A DNA stretch of 64,000 bases from the NCBI GenBank assembly GCA_002269645.1, contig NIVC01000099.1, forward strand, positions 744,001 through 808,000. The letters run 5' to 3'. Below the pieces are notes generated by a model, which did no database searches, had not been told where the DNA came from, and saw nothing but the letters and a program-made list of their open reading frames with translations. This document shows positions 18,617-31,000 of the stretch, piece after piece (within the stretch, counting starts at the first letter, position 1; the number at the start of each line of letters is the position of its first letter). The DNA is from Macrostomum lignano (taxonomy: Eukaryota). The position numbers were made by a program, and so were the translations under genes.

Positions 18617-19481
18617 ATGACCAGCATAGCCGACCAGCGAATCCGGCGCGAGTTCAAGGAGGTCATGACCAGCAAGGAGATCACCAGCCACCAGATCCGC
18701 GTCCTCCCGGCCGCCGAGTCGCTCCGCGAGCTGCGCGGCGAAATCGTCGGGCCGCCCGACACGCCCTACGATCAGGGCCGCTTCCAGCTGGAGATCCGCA
18801 TCCCCGACAATTACCCGTTCTCGCCTCCCATTGTGAAATTCGTCACCAGAATCTGGCACCCCAACATCAGCTCGGTGACTGGCGCCATCTGTCTGGACAT
18901 TCTCAAGGACCAGTGGGCCGCCGCCATGACTCTGCGCACCGTGCTGCTGTCCCTGCAGGCCCTGCTGGCCTGTGCCGAGCCCGACGATCCACAGGACGCC
19001 GTGGTGGCCAGCCAGTTCAGGGAGCGGCACGACATCTTTCTGGCCACTGCGCGCCACTGGGCAGCCGCCTACGCTAACGCGCCGGACAGGGAGCCGGAGC
19101 TGACCAGGAAGGTTGCGGCGCTCCAGCAGATGGGATTCTCCGAGGTTCGTTTATTTGTGCATTTCCGTTCTCTGTGATGTTTCTATTTTTAGAATGGTGT
19201 AATTCCCTGTTCGTGTCTATTTTTAAATAGTGGGTATTCTGTCTGTATATTTTTAGACCGTTGGGGATCCCCTCCCCTATGTAACTTCAGCTGGCGCTAA
19301 ATTGAACTACCTTAAAGTATCAAAGTAGTTAAATGGCTTTTAACCAGAGCAACGGCCAACGACACCCAAGTATCATTTTTTAATTTTCCAGCACGAATGT
19401 CGAGTCGCCCTATCGATGCACCTGTGGAACCCGGAGCGAGCAGCCGAGCACCTGCTGAGCCAGGGATGCAGCAGCACTTGA
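18617..19481 (+). CDS. UBE2K: Ubiquitin-conjugating enzyme E2 K (E2-25K/HIP2/Ubc1-like) with C-terminal UBA (2 exons, 205 aa)
   Basis: Exon 18617-19144 (GCCGCCATG start) has RIRREFKEV, GPPDTPY, WHPNISSVTGAICLDILKDQW (HPN and catalytic Cys) and LQQMGF. Exon 19392-19481 (HECRVALSMHLWNPERAAEHLLSQGCSST*) completes the UBA and is not in the ORF track. Confidence 0.93.
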
Positions 19482-19796
19482 CGGATTAGTTAAATTACTA
19501 AGCCTGCCCCTCTCTCCTTGTCCGTGTGCTTTCCTTTGCTAATTGTCTGTCTGGACTGCTCAGCGACACGCCACCTGTTCTGGTTATCCAAGCCAAGCTG
19601 TTGCTTATCCTTTACATGAGTTCATTCAGCTGACTGTTTTGCCTAAAATATGTCTCACTATTCAATAAATGTGTAAGCATAACTGACAGACTGAACAGGC
19701 ATCTGCATTACTCTTTTGGCATCAGCAGCGCACGATGCTGGCATTTCGATTTACTCACTGGCCAGTTAAAGCATGCTTGTGTGCGCTTAGGTTTAT

Positions 19797-20403
19797 GGCA
19801 GTCACGTGTTTATGGGCATTGATAATTATGTCAGTCACGTGTTTATGGGCAATTGATAATTATGTCAGTCACGTGTTTATGGGCATTGATAATTATGTCA
19901 GTCACGTGTTTATGGGCATTGGGGATAATTATGTCAGCCACGTGTTTATGGGCATTGATAATTATGTCAGCCACGTGTTTATGGGCAATTGATAATTATG
20001 TCAGTCACGTGTTTATGGGCATTGATAATTATGTCAGTCACGTGTTTTTTAATGTGCATTGATAATTATGTCAGTCACTTGTTTATGGGCAATGTCAGTC
20101 ACGTGTTTATGGGCATTGATAATTATGTCAGTCACGTGTTTATGGGCATTGATAATTATGTCAGTCACGTGTTTATGGGCATTGATAATCATGTCAGTCA
20201 CGTGTTTATGGGCAATTGATAATTATGTCAGTCACGTGTTTATGGGCAATTGATAATTATGTCAGTCACGTGTTTATGGGCAATGATAATTATGTCAGTC
20301 ACGTGTTTATGGGCAATTGATAATTATGTCAGTCACGTGTTTATGGGCATTGATAATTATGTCAGCCACGTGTTTATGGGCATTTATAATTATGTCAGTC
20401 ACT
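19797..20403. repeat. ~33-bp minisatellite
   Basis: Unit GTCAGTCACGTGTTTATGGGCATTGATAATTAT, about 18 copies. Confidence 0.95.
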
Positions 20404-20618
20404 TTTTGTGTCGCTTTTGCTTAACAAACTTTTCTACTCAAATACAAACTGGCTACTGACGAATGTCATGTGTTCATTTTTATTTACTCAAATACGAAAA
20501 TGGAAAATCATTTCTTCATGTTTTTGCGTTCTTTTGTCATGTCGCCTTTTTGTGAATCGTTCTTAGACCAGAAGAATTTAAATATCACCTGAACAGCTAA
20601 AAAGGCAACGAAATGAAT

Positions 20619-21005
20619 GAGTCAGTAGCCAAAACACGCTATCAGAGCTAAGTCAGAAGCCAAAACACGCTATCAGAGCTGTCAGTAGCCAAAACATGCT
20701 ATCAGAGCTAAGTCAGAAGCCAAAAAAACGCTATCAGAGCTAAGTCAGAAGCCAAAACATGCTATCAGAGCTAAGTCAGAAGCCAAAACACGCTATCACA
20801 GCGAAGTCAGAAGCCAAAAAACGCTATCAGAGCTAAGTCAGAAGCCAAAACACGCTATCAGAGCGAAGTCAGAAGCCAAAAAACGCTATCAGAGCTAAGT
20901 CAGAAGCCAAAACACGCTATCAGAGCAAAGTCAGTAGCCAAAACACGCTATCAGAGCTAAGTCAAAAGCCAAAAAACGCTATCAGAGCGAAGTCAGAAGC
21001 CAAAA
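20619..21005. repeat. ~31-bp minisatellite
   Basis: Unit GCTATCAGAGCTAAGTCAGAAGCCAAAACAC, about 12 copies. Confidence 0.9.
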
Positions 21006-21694
21006 CAACGCCCAACCAATCAGCGCCGACCAGCGATCACGCATACGATCACGCAGAGAAGACATAGCGAATCGGTAAAAGGCAGCTACGAATATAAAGC
21101 AACTGAGCCAATCAGCGCGTGAGAGAAAAGGGGCTGAGAGGGTCTAATCAACGCCACCCAGCCAGACCGTCGCTGACTCGGACTGCTGCTATTCAACTTA
21201 ATAGTAGGTACACACCGCCGACAAATTAAACAAATGTTGGTTAAAATAATGCAACCTTGCGACACGGGATGGAGCTAGAGTGAACGAGACCGGCCAGAAG
21301 AATGGCTGCTCACAACACATGCCATTATTGGATTCTCTTCTCTGGAGACGTTTTCAATTGCCTAAGCTACTAAGACATGTGTTGTTTGCGTAACTTGTTG
21401 CTTGTGGCTGCAGTGCCAAAATGCCAGGTACCTGTGCATGTACTTGCATTGTGGCTGGTAGATTTATCTCTAGGTTTTGAGTGCCATAGACTATTTACGC
21501 ACGAAGGAACCTAGTGATAGATTCATTGATTTATGAGCAAAGCATTCTTCTGGTTTTAGCCATAGACATAGATAGATAACGCGACTGTGCAGTAAATCCC
21601 AAGCCGTGCAGTAAATCCATTTAAGAATGCTTGGCTATATGTCAATGAGGTATTTCCATTAGTGTCTAGTAAAGACCGCATAACAAAAAATAGA

Positions 21695-22940
21695 TTTACG
21701 CTACACACACCCACCCCACAGAAGCCTCCCCCTCCTCAACACTCGCCCTACAGAAGCCTCCCTCCACAACACCCTCCCCACAGAAGCCTCCCGCTCGTTA
21801 ATACCCACCCTACAGATGCCTCCCGCTCCATAACACCCACCCGAATTATCAGAGCCCTCACCAAATTCAGTGCCCCTCACCAAATTTAGCGCCCCTCATA
21901 TCGGTGCCGCTCCATAATTCTTGTGCCCCCGCCCCCATTTGAAGCCTTCCTCTCCACAACACCCACTCCACAGAAGCCTCTCGCTCGTCAATACCCACCT
22001 ACAGAAGCCTCCCGCTCTACAACAACCTTACCCACAGAAGCCTTGCACTCCACACACCCACCCCACAGATGCCTCTTGCTCGTCAATACCCACTCTACAG
22101 AAGCCTCCCGCTCTACAACAACCTTACCCACAGAAGCCTCGCACTCCACAACACCCACCCCACAGAAGCCTCTCGCTCGTCAATACCCACCTACAGAAGC
22201 CTCCCGCTCTACAACAACCTTACCCACAGAAGCCTTGCACTCCACACACCCACCCCACAGAAGCCTCTCGCTCGTCAATACCCACCTACAGAAGCCTCCC
22301 GCTCTACAACAACCTTACCCACAGAAGCCTTGCACTCCACACACCCACCCCACAGATGCCTCTTGCTCGTCAATACCCACTCTACAGAAGCCTCCCGCTC
22401 TACAACAACCTTACCCACAGAAGCCTCGCACTCCACAACACCCACCCCACAGAAGCCTCTCGCTCGTCAATACCCACCTACAGAAGCCTCCCGCTCTACA
22501 ACAACCTTACCCACAGAAGCCTTGCACTCCACACACCCACCCCACAGAAGCCTCTCGCTCGTCAATACCCACCTACAGAAGCCTCCCGCTCTACAACAAC
22601 CTTACCCACAGAAGCCTTGCACTCCACACACCCACCCCACAGATGCCTCTTGCTCGTCAATACCCACTCTACAGAAGCCTCCCGCTCTACAACAACCTTA
22701 CCCACAGAAGCCTCGCACTCCACAACACCCACTCCACAGAAGCCTCTCGCTCGTCAATACCCACCTACAGAAGCCTCCCGCTCTACAACAACCTTACCCA
22801 CAGAAGCCTTGCACTCCACACACCCACCCCACAGATGCCTCTTGCTCGTCAATACCCACTCTACAGAAGCCTCCCGCTCCACAACACCCACCCCACAGAA
22901 GCCTCCCGCTTCACACACCCCACAGAAGTCTCCCGCTCCA
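21695..22940. repeat. Compound ~32-bp minisatellite with 287-bp higher-order repeat
   Basis: CAGAAGCCT-anchored units. The AGATGCCTCTTG marker recurs at 22067, 22354, 22641 and 22833. Confidence 0.9.
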
Positions 22941-23359
22941 CAGCACGTGCATGGCAAGTGTCATTGCATGCCATTCACTCTTCACTGTTAAGAACTTATA
23001 GCTAGGTTGATAATGGAGCATAGATATAGGACAGAAAAATTCTAAAATATTTTCTTTGCTGTAGAAAGTTTCGGCTTCAGGGGCTTTCATCTGATTAGAT
23101 GCTGAAGAACTCTAATAATAGTAATTACATTAGTCTCGTGTACGACTGACTACATGCAATGTAGATAGACTCGGTAGCTATAAAAATGAGCGCCTATGCG
23201 CTGAAAACCCGGACCGTTTCCGGCTTTGGTTGATCTGCACCTCGACCCAGAATCCCTCCCGTGCATCAACTGCAGGTCTTCAGCGGCTATTGGTAGAAAA
23301 ATGTTTGTTAAATTTGGCGTCAGAATATGCCCACTCGATAGCGGCTCTTACCAAATGTG

Positions 23360-23945
23360 GCGGCCCTCATCAAATCCAGCGCCCTCACCAAATCCGGCGC
23401 CCTTACCAAATTCGGCGCCCCTCACCAAATTCCGCGCCCATCACCAAATTTGGCGCCCCTCACCAAATTCCGCGCCCATCACCAAATTTGGCGCCCCTCA
23501 CCAAATTCCGCGCCCATCACTAAATTTGGCGCCCCTCACCAAATTCCGCGCCCATCACTAAATTTGGCGCCCCTCACCAAATCCAGCGCCCTCACCAAAT
23601 CCAGCGCCCTCACAAAATTCGGCGCCCCTCACCAAATTTGGCGCCCCTCACCAAATCCAGCGCCCTCACCAAATCCAGCGCCCTCACAAAATTCGGCGCC
23701 CATCACTAAATTTGGCGCCCCTCACCAAATTCCGCGCCCATCACCAAATTTGGCGCCCTTCACCAAATCCAGCGCCCTCACCAAATCCAGCGCCCTCACC
23801 AAATCCAGCGCCCTCACCAAATCCAGCGCCCTCACCAAATCCAGCGCCCTCACCAAATCCAGCGCCCTCACCAAATCCAGCGCCCTCACCAAATTCCGCG
23901 CCCCTCACCAAATCCAGCGCCCCTCACCAAATTTGGCGCCCCTCA
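23360..23945. repeat. 18/19-bp minisatellite
   Basis: GCCCTCACCAAATCCAGC and CCCCTCACCAAATTTGGCG variants. Confidence 0.93.
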
Positions 23946-25048
23946 TATCGGCGCCGCTCCCCTATTCTTGTGGCCGCCAAGTTCGAAGTTCCATCCGTGA
24001 CCAAATCAAGAAAGCGGCAATGAGATTGTGACACCCGTTTAATGCCACGAAGCGGACCAAAACACGAAGCTTTCAACACCGATCTATTTTCTTGATAAGT
24101 TGGAGAAAAATACAATTTTACAAAAAGCTGCAAGTCCAGAATTTCAACTCAGTGCAAGTTTTAATGGGCAAAATGGCACAGGCATAGGAAAATACCGATG
24201 AGTCTGCAGGAGGCGATTTAGTGTACGGGATTTGCACGCACAACTTGTTCCGAGCAAAGCGCGCTAATGCTGTTGAAAGTAGCGATCCATTACTAACTGA
24301 AGCCAACAAAGAGAGGTTTTTCACGCGTGAGCGAGGTTTAAAAGTGCCTTTAAAAGCTTAAAGACTCACCAATCTGCGAGTAAAGAAGCGGTTAGAAAAA
24401 TATTGAAACACAAAAGTACAACTTCGAGCGCATGTGAAGCCGTCTGGGACAACTATTGCTCAGCGAAAGCAGAAGAAAGCCGCGCATAATCCGGCTGTAA
24501 AACTGCACTGAACTGCCAACTTAACAAAAACAGGACTTTGCGTGACAGACAATTGGCGAAACAAATTGACAAAAAAATTAGTTGGGGCGAACATATAGAA
24601 TTTTAGGATGCGAAAAATTGACAGGTTTTTTATCCCCAAGCGGAGGCTTGGGAGTTTGAAAACTTTTTGATAAAAAAACATTTTGCTGTGCTTAGCAACA
24701 AGCATTGCTACAGGGCGCGCCTGTTGGTTAAAGCGCCAACTGAGTTAAGCAGCTGCATGCTGTCTTCGCTTTTAAGGTCGCTTGACTCGCTTTTACTCAC
24801 AAATATGCTAACGGCAAGAGTTAGTACAAGTATAACATTCAATCGAAATTACTGCTGACAATTATAACTTGATTAAATATTGTCATGTTTTCTGTTCAAT
24901 CCAATTAATCTTTCTTAAATATAAAATTATTTCATAAAGCTAATCCTTGAGAATCTCACAGAGAATCCCGCTTGCTTCTGTGTAGCCTGAGCCTCGCCTC
25001 TCTGATCCGTTGAGATCAACATGAGTCACAAGAGCATCGGGGACGAGC

Positions 25049-26206
25049 TCAGACGCAGGTGACGGCCTGCAGTCGCTTCGACGCGCTGTCCGTAGCTGAC
25101 GGTCTCGGCGACCGTCTGGCGGGCAGCTTGCGACGCTTCAACCGCTGCAGACTGGCCCGGAATGTCCGGCTGTAGGCCATCAGCACGATGAAGTTCAGGC
25201 AGGAGTCGAGCGGCACGCATAGCAGACTCCAGGCGGTCACGGTGTCCAGACGGAGGACCACCGGCTGCAGGTCAAACAGCGTCTCGAACGGGTAGCACAG
25301 CATGTAGGCCACGCTGCCGATCTGCATTGCGGCGAACGGGAATTCGAATCCGACGAAGCCAAATGACAGCAGCAGGACCATCTTGCAGGAGCGGCGCGAC
25401 GATTTGTGCTGGAAGGTCTGCCTGCGCAGCGCCCAGGCCATGCGGCAGCCCAGGCAGAACACGCCGGTGCCGGGCAGCAGCGTGCCGAACAGCGCGACGC
25501 TGGCGAAGCTCAGCATGAGCGGTCGGATCTGCTCGCGGAACGCGGAGAGGCTGATCAGCGTGGCGTTCGCCGCCGTCATCATCAGCGGGCTGGCAGCCGG
25601 ATCCGGCGTGGCCGTGATGGCCAGCTTCGGCCAATCGCCAGCTGTTTTTGTTTCCGCTGCCGCCTCCTCTGTCCCCGATGTAGGAACGTTCGCTGCATCC
25701 GGGGTGGTCAGGGCTCTGCTGGCGAACACGAGAGCGACCGACAGGCCGGTGATGATCAGCATGGCCAGGGTCTGCTGGCGCCAGTTGAACCAGTCCGGCC
25801 GGCTGCGCAGCGGGCGAACCACGGCGAAGGTACGGCAGGAGGTGAGCACCAGCAGCCAGCCGTTGCGCACGGTGTGCAGCGTGTGGAAACCGGACTCCAG
25901 CGCGCCGCGCTGCAGGGGCCAGTTGAACCGGTGCAGCATCAGATGCACGCTGAAGAACAGGGTAAGGGCGATCTCCGTGGCTGTCAGCACCAGCAGGCTG
26001 TGGCCCTTGTTGCGAGAGGCTCCCACCGGGCCGCCCCTGATGAGCGCCGTCAGCAGGAAGATGTTCGTGCACAGTGCCGCGACGGTGGCCCCCAAGGTCA
26101 GCGCCCATGGCACCGTCTCCTCCAGCGGCGCTTCAACTTCCATGGCGTGATCGCTTTTTGGCGAATCAACGGAAGTCTGGTTTATTATCTGAATGGCGGC
26201 TGGCAT
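25049..26206 (-). CDS. Divergent single-exon rhodopsin-class (class A-like) 7TM receptor, 385 aa
   Basis: Seven hydrophobic segments. The TM3 end LTSCRTFAVVRPL sits at the DRYxAVxxPL position, TM6 is FVGFEFPF and TM7/helix 8 is DSCLNFIVLMAYSRTFR. Codon usage is GC-rich and there is no intron. Confidence 0.8.
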   Translation of the reverse strand: MPAAIQIINQTSVDSPKSDHAMEVEAPLEETVPWALTLGATVAALCTNIFLLTALIRGGPVGASRNKGHSLLVLTATEIALTLFFSVHLMLHRFNWPLQRGALESGFHTLHTVRNGWLLVLTSCRTFAVVRPLRSRPDWFNWRQQTLAMLIITGLSVALVFASRALTTPDAANVPTSGTEEAAAETKTAGDWPKLAITATPDPAASPLMMTAANATLISLSAFREQIRPLMLSFASVALFGTLLPGTGVFCLGCRMAWALRRQTFQHKSSRRSCKMVLLLSFGFVGFEFPFAAMQIGSVAYMLCYPFETLFDLQPVVLRLDTVTAWSLLCVPLDSCLNFIVLMAYSRTFRASLQRLKRRKLPARRSPRPSATDSASKRLQAVTCV

Positions 26207-26517
26207 CTTGGCGTTGACTGTTCGTGCCGATGGTTGCCGTCTATTTATCCAGCATAGCGCAGATTAAGTGGCATTGGACAGCGAGGCTCTGAGGGTCACG
26301 GCCAATGAAAATCTGCAGCAACATCTTCGTTCTCCCCCTTCCTATTCCCTGCTCACACTTCCGTTTGAGCAATCCTAGCTCAAGGTGCAAAACAAATTCT
26401 AGGAAAACATGTCCTAGAACAAGGAAGTGGGATCGCGACTTTTAATTGGGATCTGGGATAGGCGCTAGTACGAGTAGTGCAACTATAGACTGAGGTGCGC
26501 CAACTCAATCTGACCAA

Positions 26518-26630
26518 ATCAGTTTCGTGTAGTTTCGTGCAGTTTCGTGCAGTTTCGTGTCAGTTCGTGCAGTTTCGTGCAGTTCGTGCAAGTTCATATC
26601 AGTTTCGTGCAGTTTCGTGTCAATTTCGTG
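26518..26630. repeat. 10-bp short tandem repeat
   Basis: (GCAGTTTCGT)n, degenerate. Confidence 0.8.
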
Positions 26631-27699
26631 TGCTGAAAATTTGTGTATTTATATCTGTGCAGAACCAGTTGACAGCTGCTGTGCAATTCTTAGTAAGCTT
26701 TAGTACCAGGTAAGCATGGGTTTCCCGCGTAAGGCAACGAAATAGTTGACTTGCCCCCAAAGTTGTTTATGTGATCGCAAAATCCATAAAGAAGTTTTTT
26801 CCCAGTTCGGGCTGGAGCTCAGGTATTAATTTTAAGACAGTGGGTAAGTTGCACAGCAGGGGAAACGAGATGCAGAGGATCTGGGTATAAACAGCATGGC
26901 AATTCAGTATCATAACGATTTTTGGGACGTAATTAGACTAAAAGGCATGAAATTAAAAAGAGAAAGCTTTAGATATTCTTAAAAAATAGCCTGCTGTGTC
27001 TGCACACTTTCTAATCAATAGTCAAGCAGAATTGATTTTGATTAAATTAATCTGTTCAGCTGTCACGCGCCTCCTCACTGTAGGGATCAGTCTGCTTGAG
27101 TAAGGTTTTAGGATATGAGATTCAACACTAGTATCCATGTGCGCCGTGTGCGGGTATTGTATGATATTTATGATTGTAGGATTTTGTGATCTTGGAATCC
27201 CGTGATGCAACTTTTTTCGTTATATAATTACAATTTTATGACATTCGTGTCTTGAAGAATAATACGTTGCACCTGTACAATAATAAACAATCAATATTAA
27301 TATTTGAAGGTATATATTTCAAATCCCCGAATATTCGCTCGAATCCGAGATTGCGATGCGAACTCAAGGCTTGCAGTATTGTTCATCGCGTAACTAGAGT
27401 CTAAATCAAAGGAAAAATAGTGTAGCTAGCTTTCGTGATTTTAACGTGCACGTAACCCAAGCCAACTGAACCAGCAAATCAGCGCCATAATTTTTTTCAA
27501 CATTAAAAAGCTGGCACGTGTGCATTTTCTCAAATCTAAGATGTGTTTATGACTCAGAGATAAGTGACATAAAATGGGCGCACAAAAATAATTATATTGC
27601 CAAATTAGTATGTACAGTAAGTATTTCAGTTTCAGTCCAATTCCCCTTCGTTATTCGCTGTACATTCACACCCTTGGGGTAGGCCTAAGGCTTATCTGG

Positions 27700-27860
27700 C
27701 CCGCCAGCCAATCGGATCTCGGCTGACGCCAGGCCATTTTCTGAACCAATCAACCCCAACCCCCCACCCACAACCAGCCAGCAGGCGCCCCTCACCCTCT
27801 CTCCCATTCCTTCTTTTATCGATCGCCTATAATCGCCGCTCCACCAAGCTTAGGGTTTTT
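27700..27860 (+). promoter_or_regulatory. Putative CCAAT-box promoter of the giant gene, divergent from the 7TM gene
   Basis: AGCCAATCGG (~27707) and AACCAATCAA (~27745) lie in a GC/CpG-rich patch ~350 bp upstream of ATG 28096. Confidence 0.4.
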
Positions 27861-28095
27861 CTATTCTATAGGGGTGTTTCTCAGCAAGCTGACCCCTGCG
27901 CGTATTTGAAGTCCGGCCCAGCTAATGTTTCTTTGCTACTCTCCCGTCTCCTGAGCCACTTTCATTCACTGAAGGCCGATTCTCTAAGCGCATTGACGAG
28001 AAAAAAATTGTCAACTGCAATAAAACTACAAACCAACAAAAGCGCAGAAAAAACAAGCCAATTTACTAACTTTGCAAGTTTATTCGCCCACACCG

Positions 28096-31000
28096 ATGGG
28101 CGCTCAGAGGTGCTGCTTATGGCTTCTGCTGGCAGGTAAGTTAATTGTCCATCTACTGGCGAATTTCTCATTTCGTACCATGTCGTATTTTGTATTGGGT
28201 GACAAGAACATGGCGGGGGTACTGGATGTTTAAGTTGGGTATGCAATGTAGAGATTAAGTTTTTTGAAATGCAGATTGTATCGGCATGCCGTATGGGATG
28301 CAGAAGTTATGTATGGGAAGTAAATGTTGGAAATACGAAGTGAGACTGAGAGGGTAGGTGTGGGCGTAGACTGAGTGCGGTGTAGAGGGTGGGTTTCTGT
28401 GTAGAGGCTGGGTCTGGGTGCGGGTGTAGAGTTTGAGTGTGTGGGTGCAGGAATGGAGGGTAGTGGGTGTAGAGGGTGGGTGCGGGTGTAGTGTGGGTGC
28501 GGGTGCGGGTGCAGAGTAGTTGTGGGTGTAGAGGTTGGACTATAGCTCAGTAGTGGGCACCGCAGTTAACACCTGTTCCCTCTTCTCTCTTGCTTTAAAG
28601 CTGCCATTGTGCCAATCCCGGAAGCAAAGGTGTCCAAATACGGCCTCGCTGACAGCGAACTTCTCCTCGTATGTGTTTTTTACAAAATCTTTTTGGAAAT
28701 ATTTTCCGTCAACGTTCGTAAAATGAATCCAGCTAAAACCCGGTTCGCAATTAATAATCTCTCAGTTCGACATGGAGTCGTGGAGTCCCGAGGAGACCTA
28801 CCTTGAAGGCTTTCGGTTCGTTCTGTTCGAGCTGTGGTGGACGCCCAGGGGTTCCGCGACCGGCTGCACTCAGCTCGCATTGAGAAGCGACGCTAGGGTC
28901 TCCATCATGGAATGCTCAGACTCGCAGCTGTGAGTGTCTGTGAACTTGACTTGAATTTTTTGTATTTCTCTGTGTGCCTGGGTCTGAAAAAGAGCACATA
29001 GAAAAGAAATTACATTTGTCACATGTTCTCCATGGCACCCGCTCTGTGAAACTGGCACCGATTTTTTAGTGGCACCCATTCTAATAAAGTGGCCCTATCC
29101 TTTTAAAGTGGCACCCATTCTAATAAAGTGGCACCCATTCTAATAAAGTGGCACCCATTCTATTAAAGTGGCACCCATTCTATCAAACTGGCACCCATTC
29201 TATTAAACTGGCACCCATTCTATTAAAGTGGCACCCATTCTATCAAACTGGCACCCATTCTATTAAACTGGCACCCATTCTATTAAAGTGGCACCCATTC
29301 TATTAAAGTGGCACCCATTCTAATAAAGTGGCACCCATTCTATTAAAGTGGCACCCATTCTATTAAAGTGGCACCCATTCTATTAAAGTGGCACCCATTC
29401 TATTAAAGTGGCACCCATTCTATCAAACTGGCACCCATTCTATTAAAGTGGCACCCATTCTATTAAAGTGGCACCCATTCTATTAAACTGGCACCCATTC
29501 TATTAAAGTGGCACCCATTCTATTAAACTGGCACCCATTCTATTAAACTGGCACCCATTCTATTAAACTGGCACCCATTCTATCAAACTGGCACCCATTC
29601 TATCAAACTGGCACCCATTCTATCAAACTGGCACCCATTCTATTAAAGTGGCACCCATTCTATTAAACTGGCACCCATTCTATTAAACTGGCACCCATTC
29701 TATTAAACTGGCACCCATTCTATCAAACTGGCACCCATTCTATCAAACTGGCACCCATTCTATCAAACTGGCACCCATTCTATTAAAGTGGCACCCATTC
29801 TATTAAACTGGCACCCATTCTATCAAACTGGCACCCATTCTATTAAACTGGCACCCATTCTATCAAACTGGCACCCATTCTATTAAAGTGGCACCCATTC
29901 TATCAAACTGGCACCCATTCTATTAAAGTGGCACCCATTCTATTAAACTGGCACCCATTCTATCAAACTGGCACCCATTCTATTAAACTGGCACCCATTC
30001 TATTAAACTGGCACCCATTCTATTAAACTGGCACCCATTCTATTAAACTGGCACCCATTCTATCAAACTGGCACCCATTCTATCAAACTGGCACCCATTC
30101 TATCAAACTGGCACCCATTCTATTAAAGTGGCACCCATTCTATTAAACTGGCACCCATTCTATCAAACTGGCACCCATTCTATTAAACTGGCACCCATTC
30201 TATCAAACTGGCACCCATTCTATCAAACTGGCACCCATTCTATTAAAGTGGCACCCATTCTATTAAACTGGCACCCATTCTATTAAAGTGGCACCCATTC
30301 TATTAAACTGGCACCCATTCTATCAAACTGGCACCCATTCTATCAAACTGGCACCCATTCTATCAAACTGGCACCCATTCTATTAAAGTGGCACCCATTC
30401 TATTAAACTGGCACCCATTCTATCAAACTGGCACCCATTCTATTAAACTGGCACCCATTCTATCAAACTGGCACCCATTCTATTAAAGTGGCACCCATTC
30501 TATCAAACTGGCACCCATTCTATTAAAGTGGCACCCATTCTATTAAACTGGCACCCATTCTATCAAACTGGCACCCATTCTATTAAACTGGCACCCATTC
30601 TATCAAACTGGCACCCATTCTATCAAACTGGCACCCATTCTATTAAACTGGCACCCATTCTATTAAACTGGCACCCATTCTATCAAACTGGCACCCATTC
30701 TATTAAACTGGCACCCATTCTATTAAACTGGCACCCATTCTATCAAACTGGCACCCATTCTATTAAACTGGCACCCATTCTATCAAACTGGCACCCATTC
30801 TATTAAACTGGCACCCATTCTATTAAAGTGGCACCCATTCTATTAAACTGGCACCCATTCTATTAAACTGGCACCCATTCTATTAAACTGGCACCCATTC
30901 TATTAAACTGGCACCCATTCTATCAAACTGGCACCCATTCTATCAAACTGGCACCCATTCTATCAAACTGGCACCCATTCTATTAAAGTGGCACCCATTC

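Noticed and set aside
21010-21120. Pair of CCAAT boxes (also one at ~55256)
   Set aside because: No associated gene start was found, and short motifs alone are not supportable.
21921-24031. Pro/Thr-rich ORFs of 224-360 aa
   Set aside because: Read-through of tandem repeats, with no splice or codon-bias support.
25272-26257. Antisense and alternative-frame ORFs over the 7TM gene and other GC-rich exons
   Set aside because: Expected shadow ORFs from high GC3 codon usage.
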